Below, in pieces: positions 22,701 through 33,828 of a stretch of 64,000 bases of DNA; position 1 is the stretch's first letter, and the number at the start of each line of letters is the position of its first letter. Under the pieces are notes generated by a model. It saw only the letters and a program-made list of their open reading frames with translations, made no database searches and was not told the origin of the DNA. The DNA comes from Phallusia mammillata. Its lineage: Eukaryota. The DNA lies in contig OZ281495.1 of NCBI GenBank assembly GCA_965637545.1, positions 4,402,001-4,466,000 of the forward strand, in the 5' to 3' direction. Both the position numbers and the translations under genes were made by a program.

Positions 22701-25096
22701 TCTCTAATGTCGCATAGGTGATGTTGGCGGCAATTGAAAACCTACACAGTAAGGTATTGCAAAAAGTATACAAATCTGAATATATTAGTATTTTTACACA
22801 GCGGTTGAACCAATTGCCATGCGTGGTTAAACACAAACATTATCATTGCAAAAGCCTGACTGCAAATCGGACAAACAAGCGTTGAACGGCAATGTCTTGG
22901 TTTAAACAAGCATACAAAATACATAAAAAAGACCTCAATAGCTGACATCAGATTTGGCATGATTTCCTGGGGAACCCATGTATTAAATACGTTTTTTTTA
23001 AATCTTAACAGTAACTTACGCAAAACAGATATATCAGTCGTGTTAGATGAGGAACCAAAAACGTCATTGGAAGTACAAGTGTAAATCCCGCTGTCGTCGC
23101 GGGTAAGATTTTTAATTTGTAATGTCTGTCCGGCCGTTTCGTTGTTGGGAGTTTTCCAGTAAAACGAAGTGTTAAGCTCAAGTTCGTATTCAATAGTGCA
23201 GTTCAGCAAGAGTGTATCGCCTTCTTCTAATCGCTCCCTCGAAACAACGCGGATTGTGGGAATTCCTTCAACATAATACAATAAATGGTTTACAATAAAT
23301 GGATAATAAAATCCATAGAATACGTATTTACGAGTATTTGTTATGACAAACATACCCTTGTTTTAAAGAAAAAATGATGTATCATAGTAAAGCATTTAAC
23401 TTACGTTACCCAAAATCATTGAAAACACGAGTTAGCAGGCATATTAACTTTTTGTTGCAAATAGTTAAATTCTCACTTGTCGTTACAACCAATAAATCAA
23501 GTTGTTCACTGGAATTGCTTCCCGCACAATTTGTAGCATTGCATTTGATTGTCGTCGATTGCTTAAACTCGTGTGCACCTTTGCATGTATTAACCTGTGG
23601 CATTCCGTCAAATGTACAGTTGTATATATTTGTATTTTTGATAAAACAATTAAATGTCACATTTTGGGTTCCGTTAAGGAGCACACTTCTGTTGCTTATT
23701 AAAACATTAGAGCTGTTAGAGACAAACAGTTCGACTTCATATGGTGCTTCTGCAACACATAAAACACGGAAATACGTAGATTTTTGCTTGTTTCTTGGAA
23801 GTGGATTGTTTCAGGCACCTATTAATTGTATTGTTGTGTTTCCTGACCATCCAGTGTGATTGTAAATGTCAGTAAACGGGGTTACTGCCTGGCATGATAC
23901 ATTTAGTTGATTATAATACGCTTCCAAAGAGATTGTTGTATGGACACCCTTAATATACAGAAACATGTGTAAACAATAACAAATTGCGAAAAAGAAATAT
24001 TTTATTTATAAAAAAATACCGCAACATCAACGAACGATGATCCATTGAAGAAGCGGGTGGAATTTCCAACAGGAGTTGTGTTTGTATACACACACGTCAA
24101 ATCCAACGTATCTCCAACTTTTGGACAAGCATTGGGCGCAAACAGCAATGTAACATTGGGATCTAAAATGTTAAAATTTTACGTTGCATTCTAACTTAAA
24201 AATATCGTTCAAAATGTGTTGTACACTCTGCAATAAAAGCACAAGTGCAGCGTTCTCGGAACAATATCCAACTTTAACTAACTCGTTTCTTTAATTATAC
24301 CTTTCCAGCATTGAAGTTGGTCTTGTCCACTCCATTTAGCTGTTTTCAAGCAGGAAGTTTCATTGCTGGGTAGCTGAGTTGAATTAGAATAGTATAAAAG
24401 AGCCCCACCATTACATCGAAAGCGTCCATTGGATTGGTAGTTGTAGTTTTGTGATTCAATTAAAACATTGTTTTGCGTCGTGTTTGGGCATCCTAAATAG
24501 ATATAAAAGTTTTAAAATAAACAGCTTTCCAACTTTTTAAATGTACGTTTTACCTCGCGTAAAAATCCTAAAATTGCACGATATGTTACCACCGTTGATC
24601 TTTATTTCAACTAGTGTATTATTTGCAACAACTGATAGTGGAACAGAGGTATTAAGAAATACATTTTCACAATTCCAAGAAGTTTCAAACTCATCCACAT
24701 TACCGCTTTTCATAGAAAGGCAGTTTGGTTTAAGTACAAAAGTTGTACTTTCACTTTGATTTGTAGATAAAATAATCGTTATGGTAGTACTATAAGCTGT
24801 ACTTGGCGGAATTAGAGTGTAAAGAATTCCATGATAATTCAATGCCCACGTAGAATATGAGGGATAAATTATTTCCTCCCTTAGTTCAAAGCAATCTGAA
24901 ACAGTATAGAATGTTTATATTACGAAAAAATGATAAAACAGACTTTGAACTTGATGAAAAAATGATGAAACAAAGGTAACTTGCCTTGGCCACGAGTTTC
25001 CTTTGTAACAAATTTCCCACTTCCCAGCTGCAAAATAAACAAAAGCAATACTGAAAAAAGCAATATATTTTTTTTTTTGCCTTTCGAATAGTTCAT
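19712..25096 (-). CDS. Gene C: large-family Ig receptor, ~1040 aa, Tyr-motif tail ending SSNI
   Basis: Eighteen phase-consistent exons: 24985-25096 (GC donor), 24554-24895, 24301-24492, 24020-24162, 23819-23948, 23477-23749, 23020-23265, 22375-22662, 22048-22308, 21725-21981, 21303-21516, 21119-21232, 20847-20942, 20689-20781, 20509-20610, 20277-20447, 19788-19859, 19712-19728. The signal core is ILLFSVLLLFILQLGSG. The TM is VVIVASVVGAVVFILTIAAFVIFL. The tail has NPxY x4, YAEV, YAVV x2, YSSV and PPKPP. Confidence 0.9.
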
Positions 25097-25685
25097 TCTC
25101 AAGTTCAAATGTTTAAATCAAATGCTTGAAGTCATTTCCAGAAATTCATCTCTTGGAACTACGGTTTCTGCGTACAAATTATGTTTACAGTCACATAATA
25201 ATTAAAGAAAAGGCTAATCTTTCCATTGCTTATTACAACCAACAAACGTGTTGTTTTGCAATCAGATTGACCCGGAATAATAAACAATTACTCTCAGATT
25301 TGTCAGATTCAAACACGTTGCTAAATTTAAGCGCAGGCTTGTTCTTTGTTTGGATATACCAGCAACTGTCGCAAAACTGCCTCCGGACACATTTGTTGAG
25401 TACCCGGTACCGTACGTTTAGTTTATTAATGCTTCTGTTTTTTCTTAGCTACGAGGGCAACTATTTGCCACTAATTTTTTTCCCAAATCTCGTACAATGC
25501 CTGTTTGAGTTCAACTATACCATCTTTTTCTATGTACTTTTACAGCAATCAGCAGATCGCGATTTCCAGGAAAAAGGCAAACGGACAGAGAAAAAGGCAA
25601 GAAGCAGAAGCAGAAGCAGCTGCGATTTTGTTAGAAACTTCGGTTGGAGATGACTGGAAAATTGACGATCTCAGTTAAAAAAGAC
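25097..25685. promoter_or_regulatory. Putative bidirectional promoter between divergent genes C and D
   Basis: About 590 bp separate the outward-facing ATGs at 25096 (-) and 25686 (+). Inferred from position. Confidence 0.5.
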
Positions 25686-28600
25686 ATGAAAAAAACAGTA
25701 AAAGATCGGAATTGGATAAAATTTTTACTTTTGGGATTTTACATGCTGCAATACCACTGTGCTGAAGCTCAGCTGGGTAAGTTTGCTTGAACATTTGTAT
25801 AACCTATGTTAAATTGAACGTAATATTTTATGTACGCTAGTCGCCGCACCCCTGACAGTGACTCCTCAAACATCAGTTATAAATTCAACATCGGAAATAA
25901 GCATTGAGCTGAGCAAAATAAGCTTTATAGTTTACTGGCAAATAGACTCCAAAGTAAGTTTTGGTTTTTGCACAAATGAAGCAAAAATTCTTTGTTGTAC
26001 CTTTGAAATTTTATCCTTTCTAACTTTTAAGTCATAGATTTTGTTCTTTTGTTTTTTCGCAAAGGATGTTGTTCAGTGTACTTACGGTTCGGGAGACCCC
26101 ACTGTGTTTGTAACCATGTTAAACACATCATATACGCCAAGACTCAACTCGACGTGAGATTTTTATGTAGTTATTGTATGTTTAAAAGCAACTAATAAAT
26201 AATTTGTGTTCAAACACAAACTACACATTGTATCTAACAACAATACTCATGTTTTATGCGTTTTGACAGTTACGAAATGACAACATTTATCAAACTTACG
26301 CTTACATTTGATCCATTGCTGGCAAGTGACAACAACTCAGTTGTGACTATAATTTCACTTCCATCTTTTAATGAATTGGGTTCAGGAGCATTGCATGTTT
26401 TGCCAGGTATGTTAAGAAATCATTGTCGCAAATTTTGGCACAGTGGCCAGTTTTATCCCTTTATGCCTGCGGTTACGAAATTTTATTTTTTGCTGCTTTT
26501 GTGAATTAGGTTCTAGACATTAATATATAAATGACGAGATATGTTAATTATGCAATGTTTTAAATAAGAAATTTAGGACATATCTAAACCCTTATGTCAT
26601 AGCGCCAATGTTTATCAGACTGTTTACCATTAAATGCAAGTGGAGTGGAACCCACTGCTTCAGGTTGTGAGTATGGAAAAACATGCAATTTTAAATGCCT
26701 TTCTGGACGAATTGGGAACGCGACAGCAGATTGTCAAGCAAATGGAACATACACTGTTGTCACAAACAACTGCCGCGAAGGTATGAAACGTACGTTATCT
26801 TCGCAAGCTCAAACAATTATTTCAATGATTTCTTTTAGTGATTTGTAACACAAACGATGCCGATTTACCCGAAAACTGTGTGATAGTGCCAAACTATGAA
26901 GTCCTATTTGGAGAAGAAGTGAAAATTACATGTGCCCGGGGTTTGGGTTCGTTAATTTGCGATGATCAGGAATTACTGCAACACCAATCACTATTTTTAG
27001 GTGAATTTGGTTTGAATTGGCATTTTGTTGTTCACCGAGGGACAATTCTTTCATTTTACAGCTACTACATCCACACAGAGTTTGCATGACTCATTTGTAG
27101 TTGGCGCCACAGCGCCAGTTAGTGTAAAAGTAACAGGAAGAAATTTTACGTTGGAATGGAAGCTAAATGCTCTGGTGGGTTTGGAAGGTTATCCGAGTTT
27201 CTAAGCCAGTATTTAAATTAGAAAATAAAATCCCGCAATTCATCTTGAACGTTTACCACGCTTTGAAACGGAAAATAGTAAAATGCCAAAATTGGCCATC
27301 GAATCAGCGACAAAAAGAGTGAGATTACTTGATAACACAAATTCTCTTTTGAAACAATTCTCCAATCACCACCAAAGTTTAGCACGTCCGCTTGATTTAG
27401 GGCTGATTGCGCGGCATACTTTTCTTAAATTTTGTCAAGAAATAAGATACACATTTATAACAATCTCTATTTTTCTAGGGCACCCGCTTTGTACGTTAGT
27501 TCTATACGACGTTTTCCAATGGTTTTAGCAGTTTTTGTTTGAGGGGCAATGGCGATTTCAGCATTACATATTAATCATTTGAAACAAAATTTGCTGGGGC
27601 TAAACAAATAAGCATTTTCATGTTTTCGAAAACAGAAAGTTTTATTTAAAAGTAGACGACGTTGCAGAGCCGTCGGTTAACATATACAATCAATCAGTTT
27701 TTATTTGTTTTATCTGACGTAAACCTACAGACAGCAGCAGTTTGTCAAGTGCAAGACCAAAATAATGTGACGTGTAGTACATATGGGGAATACGAAAACC
27801 GAATAACCGTTAGGTAATGTAATACACTCAATTTAATCAAGTGCGTTGCGGTTTGAAATATTATGATTTATACCTTTTAGTTTTGACTACGATGGTGAAC
27901 AATTCACATTTACATTGGAACTAAAATCAATAAGCATGAACGACAACAATACAAACGTTGACATTGTTGGAAAAGTCCCATTTGTTGGAGAATACGCTAT
28001 GCAACAAAGTGTTGGTGTTTTGTCAGGTGTGTGGTGTAGCTGGTACTCCACTTCCCATGCATAAAAAGTTTTCAATTTACAATTGTTTCAAACAGATTTG
28101 GGTTGGAGAACAACTTTTAATAATCAGCATATTTTAGCTTTTGTATTTTACATTTGAAATTTAAATGTAGTTTTACTTGATTGAAACGCTGAAACTTTTT
28201 GACAGAATGCAAGTCATTGATATCGGATAGCATTGCATCCGTTCCGAAAAGCAATTGTCCCTTTAATGCAAGCTGTACTTTTGGCTGCCAGGGGAAAATT
28301 GATGGATCGGCGATCGCCATATGTCAGGGAAACGGAATTTATTTAGTAGTTCGAAACAATTGTTGGCCAGGTAAGGGACCGACAAATAAGATCTGGGCAC
28401 ATTGTTGACTTTCTTAACATTGTGACAAAAATTTAATGTAGCTATCTGTGTTTGCTTTTCTTTCTGTTTTATGTGATTGTCGCAACAGAACAATTAACAG
28501 TTTTATTCTTTTTAATTTGACCTTGCTTACTTAACCAATCGATTGCAAATGATTTAGAGTAAGGTGTTTCATTGCAAAATCCCACAAGACGTGGACATAG

Positions 28601-28988
28601 TCAAAACCGGTGTTCTTGTAGATGCAAAGATGCCTATTTTGAAACGTTTGCTTGCTAAAATTTTATTCAGAGTCTTCAAACAAAATGTTCACGCTAACAT
28701 AATGTCGCAATGTCTTAAAACCCTTATATTTCGAGACGAATAGCTCACTACTTAAAATTGTTGTGTGCTTTGAAATAATCTTGCTCATATGGATGACGTT
28801 TTGTAAGAAATGTAATGACTGCGCTACTTTCAGCTTTATTTACCGGTGACTGGGCGGCAATTGTGGTGTGTCTGGGATTATTCCTTTGTGTATCCGGGGC
28901 TGTTGGAGGGTACTGCATAAGGAAAAAAGGACAAAAGAAGAACGATAAACAAACAACACTTGAAACGCTGGACAACAAATCCCAGTAG
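25686..28988 (+). CDS. Gene D: small-family type I membrane protein, ~458 aa (signal, Ig-like, CCP, CCP-like, second Ig-like, CCP, TM, short tail)
   Basis: Eleven phase-consistent exons: 25686-25776, 25841-25953, 26065-26153, 26270-26406, 26619-26780, 26839-27000, 27101-27174, 27731-27813, 27881-28026, 28206-28370, 28834-28988. Exon 2 (VTPQTSVINST...IVYWQID) matches gene A (ISPVTTVINGT...TIYWYIN). The TM is WAAIVVCLGLFLCVSGAVGGYCI. The tail KKGQKKNDKQTTLETLDNKSQ* has no Tyr. Confidence 0.87.
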
Positions 28989-29140
28989 CAACGTTAAATA
29001 CTGTTTTTATTGTTTATGTAGTTTTCATGCGCTTATTTTAACGTAATTGTACCAAACGATATGTTGTATCAAATATATTTATTGTAACATAACCGTATTA
29101 TACACACATGTAGGCTAAGACTGAGTTACTGCTCATACAA

Positions 29141-30353
29141 CAGGGGTGTCCAACCCGTGGCCCGCAGGAAGGTTCTAAGTGACCTGCGCGTTGTATTCGA
29201 AACGACTTATTTTATTAACTTAATCGCCTATGTAAATTATGGAGAATTTTTATTCTAAAAATGGCATTTATTGTTTGCTTTATTCATTTTATAATAGAGT
29301 AATAAACAGCTGTACAAGTTACTCTTTTATTGCATCACAATGCACATTGTTACGCATCACAATTTCGACGTGGTTACGACCAAAATCTTACCCTTGCTTC
29401 TAAAGTCAGTCAGTAATGTTTCTTGCTTTATTGGGGCAAAGTGTACATAAAACACTAGTAGTCCAACCCATTGTTACGCGATAGAGCCCTATGGACGCCA
29501 TTTTGTGTCCAAATACAGCAGTTATAGGGAAAAACACATAAATTGTCTGATTTTTACTAACTAGTGGGCTTTAACGCGAATTTGATAGGCCAAATCGAAT
29601 AAAACTTTGGGTTGTAACATTTGAGCGTGATAATGTTCGCTGAACGCAATTATTTAAAGTTCACATAAAAATTAAGCGGCAAAACAGCATTGGCTTTTAA
29701 TATTGTGGTGAAATGTTGGTACCTAAAATTTTCATTCATTTTGGCTGATCAAATTCGCGTCTAAGCTCTCCATGTCGTAAAAATCAGACAATTTATGTGT
29801 TATTTGTCTATACCCGCTGTATACTTTTGGACTCAAAATGGCTCCATAGGCTTTATTGCGTAGCAATAAGTTGGACAACTTGTGTTGCATTGGGGTACAT
29901 CTGATATCGAAGGTTTTGCGCAAAACGCATTTTGCAGTGAATTATCTCTTGCGCTCTGCAGTGATATATATTATGCCAAGTGGTAAACGAAAAGCAGGAA
30001 AAGATAACAGAATATTCAAAGAAAAGTGGATATGTGACTTTAATTTCCCAGTACAGGTAATCAGTAATTTCTGACAGTCCATCTCACCGAATATTGCCAA
30101 ACTTGTTCGAGCAAAAAACAGTGCCAAACTTCACATTGAAACGTCGACGTGTAAAAACTAGTAAAAACTTTGTTGACGTTACAATATATTGGTGTGTTTA
30201 TTGTTTTTACAATTGTAAAGATCTGAGTTTAGAATTTCGGTGTGAGGATTTTAATTAGAAATAATAAGACACTCATTTGTAAGATTACAAATTAGCACTA
30301 AACAGTCAAGTGATCATTCGCAAACCGCGTGTGGTCCTTGGCCAAAAAGGTTG
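29141..30353 (+). mobile_element. Non-autonomous hAT (Buster/SPIN-type) element with truncated right TIR
   Basis: Starts CAGGGGTGTCCAACC. 8-bp TSD TCATACAA at 29133-29140 and 30354-30361. Internal MPSGKRKAGKDNRIFKEKWICDF (~29973) resembles a SPIN/Charlie transposase N-terminus. Confidence 0.75.
29457..29882. mobile_element. MITE with ~100-bp terminal inverted repeats nested in the hAT element
   Basis: GTCCAACCCATTGTTACGCGATAGAGCCCTATGG...AAATTGTCTGATTTTTAC (~29461-29557) is the reverse complement of ~29778-29877. Confidence 0.75.
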
Positions 30354-30876
30354 TCATACAACAAGGCCCTATGACCAGTGAGCGAGTAAAAGACAAGTTT
30401 TGGAAGAGTATACATTTGGTCCCACATGTGACATTTCTTCAAACTCTTACTGATTTACTTTAGAAATACTAATTAGCTTTTACGTTGGGAGAGTATACAT
30501 TTGGAACGTAAAACGACAACCAATTAAATTGCAACGGCATGTTGATTTTTTAGGATTTTGAACGTTTTAGTTGTTTGCTTTTCGCCTCTAGCTATTAGCA
30601 GCGAAGATTTTTGTTTTCTTTCAGTGCTAAAAAGACGGTGACTGTTTCTCTTGTAACTGCAAATCCATGCCGTTTTAGGTCTGGAAGTGTTTTCCTGATA
30701 ACAGTATTCTAAATCATAATAGCAAGTGGTGTTTGTAAAATGCGTCAAAACAAGAATGAACTCAAACCGTAAACAAAATTGCGTAAAACAGCAAATAGGT
30801 CTCCATAGTTGGAAAAAGTCATCATCATTATGCTTTTCCATGCAAACAGCAAAAACTGTCGGCGACATGCTGGTAC

Positions 30877-32395
30877 CAGACATGGGGTCGAATACACTCG
30901 TCCTGTATTCGAATACTTTACGAATACTTGCATGACTGTATCCGAATTCATGAATACTTTGGTAATTTTTGAGTGACAGCAATTCGAAAGGTATTCGAAT
31001 AAAACGAGTATTTGCATTCGTGAATTGTTGACCAAACTACAATGACAAGTAATGCGAATGTTATTCGAATAAACCAAAGCATGTATTCGTATTCATGAAT
31101 TCTACGCCCTTTTTAAAGTACAGCAATTCGAATTGTATTCGAATAATGCGAGTCAGATATTCGTATTCACGAATTGTTTAATTTCGTAATGTTAAGGTGG
31201 TAGCAATTCAAATTGTATGCTAATAAAAAGTGTCAAGTACTAGTATTCATGAATAGTTGATCAAAAACAACAACGTGTAAATCGAATACTATTCGAATAA
31301 ACCCCAAGCAAGTATTCATATTCATGAATACTTCGTACGTTTTGAGATGTAGTATTTCGAATTGTATTCGAATTAGTGGTTTTAAATAGTTATCTGTATT
31401 CTCGAATTGTTCAGTTGTTGTAAGAAGCAAACAATTCGAATAGCATTCGAGTGCACCGATTCGGATATTTGTAGTTGCGGAAAATGGAAGAAATATAAGC
31501 GCCCTGAAACTTTAAAGGTATTCGATCAAAAAGTAACATGGGTTTATAAATTGCAAATTTATTGGTAAAAATGCAAATCAACGAACTTTGTTTGCCACTC
31601 AGCTTGACTGATTTAAGTCTTCGTTATAAAAATTTCACCAAATTTGCATGAGATGTTTGCTTCATGAACACGCTACACCTGCCATGTGCTGAGAAAAAGC
31701 TAATGTTGCAAGCTTTGTTACACAATTCCATTTATGTAACGTCACAATTAAACTTGTATGTGTCATTGTTTCTCAACATACTCAAAAACTTGTCAAATCA
31801 GGTTACATTCACTGCCAATTTGAATTGTATTCGAATCTATTTGGCAAAAATATGTAGCGAAATATTATCGACTACTCTTAGCCTGGAGGTACTCGACAAT
31901 TCGATTTGTATTCGTAAACATGTAGTCATGTATTCGATTTTACGTATCTTACATTGCCAAAACCTGACAACAGTTCGAATTGTATTCGTAAAAATGTAGT
32001 CATGTATTAGATTTTGCGATGTGTTACGTAACCACATGCTGACAACAATTCGAATTGTATTCGTACAAATGCAGTCATGTATTCGATTTTACGAATTGTT
32101 ACCTTGCCAAAGGCCGACAACAATTCGAATTGTATTCGTCAAAAATATCGTATAATCGAATTTGCAAATTATTAAATAGGCAAAAACCTACAACAATTCG
32201 AATTGTATTTGAATAAATTTACTCATGATTTTGTGTTCATGAATTGTTGATTCAAAAGATAACACTAACTATTCGTATTGTATTCATGCACTATCGAACG
32301 AACGCCAAAATTATTCGAATACAGCACGAAGGTGGCAAAACCTGTATTCGAATGCATTCGAATACGAATGACGAATACAAATTGCCCCATGTCTG
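30877..32395. mobile_element. TIR element filled with TTCGAA-rich repeats, including a ~75-bp tandem array
   Basis: Perfect 11-bp TIR CAGACATGGGG / CCCCATGTCTG. Flanks are GCTGGTAC / ACAGGTAC (partial TSD). Internal units ACAATTCGAATTGTATTCGT occur at ~31897, 31970, 32046, 32121 and 32195. Confidence 0.8.
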
Positions 32396-33301
32396 ACAGG
32401 TACAGAAAGCAATCGCGTTAAGACTGTTTCTGGCTTATGTCTAACATTGGTCAAGGGATATAGAATTGCACCCAGTCGAAAACTATATTCACAACAATTG
32501 TTTTTATTATTATTATTTCTATGCGAGATTTCTACTAGTTAAAAAGCAAAAATGTTTTATATCCCAGTAGACATTTAGACTCGGGTCCAAGGTCATGCTA
32601 TCAATTTAAATGGGAACAAGGAGGCCATTCTGTTCATATATTTCGCCACTACTGCATTATCGGTATCTGTGAGCAAGTATAATAAACGTGGAGATAAAAT
32701 CTTGTGCATATAACACCTACCTGTACAAAAAAGAAACTGATAAAAAACAGCTCTAAAGCACTACATTGCGAAAATATTTTTTAGTAACCCCAGGTTAAAT
32801 ACTGCAGGAGGGCGCTACTTAAATCAAGACAACTGGACAAGAATGCAAGGTAAAGAAGACAGAAGAAAGATAAGACTTTTGGCCACTAGCAAAATCCAAA
32901 AACAACAACAACGTGTTTAGAAAAACTGGGGTTTAGTTAAAGGACAATTTTCATTTACCCCGGGCAAGCATTTTCTTTAATATATTGCTAGAACATATTG
33001 ATGGGCCAACAGAGCCTCAAAAATATATATCACATAAGTAGAGATTTGGCATAAATTTCAAGCCGCCTAAAGATGCAATGCAAATGGCCCCTTAAAAATA
33101 GTTTTTAGATTTTACATGACTATATGAGACACAAAAACGATAAATATGACATATTCAATAAAGTAAATGTTCTAAGGAAAATGAAGAATGCAATAGTGAT
33201 TACGCGGTAAAGATGCAATGCAAATGGCCCTTGGCAATAAGCGCCGCCGTGCCCAGCGTTCATCGAACGCCAATCAATTATTCATATTGAAGGGAAGGAA
33301 C

Positions 33302-33390
33302 TTGGCCGAACGGTCTGGCGCGCCTGACCCGAATACATACATAAAAAAAACTGATCAGAATTCTTCCCCGGGAGAGTCCTGGGTTCGAAA
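33302..33390 (+). mobile_element. tRNA-Leu-like SINE head / pseudogene with intron-like insert
   Basis: A box TGGCCGAACGG, CTGA...TCAG anticodon-stem-like pairing around an A-rich insert, variable-arm hairpin TCTTC-CCCG-GGAGA, and B box GGTTCGAA without the downstream acceptor arm. Confidence 0.55.
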
Positions 33391-33828
33391 AAAAACGATT
33401 CATATTGTAACTTTTATCACAATGAGCATGGCTCAAAGCAGCACTGCAACATACAGTCGCTAGGCCAAATATCGCCTAAAAAGCAATTACAACTCAAGCG
33501 AGATTGATTGCTTAAACCTTTACCTTGCCTCGACGGCAGCGCGAAAATACAATAAACTGTCATAGATTAGCCTGTCACATCCGGCATGAGTATTACAACA
33601 ACAAAGCGACTCACATACACACAACTGCAGATTGTACAAGCACTGCAAATCTTACGAGTGGGAGGCAATAACCATATTTCATTTGTGAGATCAAGATGCC
33701 AGCATGCCACACGTCAAACTGTAAAAAACTTAGTAAACTTAGCTAAGTGCGGCGGCTCGTTTAATTTCTTACACCAATTCGAAGCAGAAACACTTGTCAA
33801 ATGTCAAAACTATTTTTATTTAAAAAAA

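Noticed and set aside
25085-25096. Genes A and C both begin ATGAACTATTCG (MNYS)
   Set aside because: Only ~13 nt match, the rest of the signal exons differ, and chance cannot be excluded.
30524-30982. 152-aa minus-strand ORF as a gene
   Set aside because: It starts inside the TIR element and has no clear splice sites or recognisable domain.
31890-32220. Regular ~75-bp repeats as a CRISPR array
   Set aside because: The context is eukaryotic, the 'spacers' are homologous to each other, there are no cas genes, and the array lies inside a TIR element.
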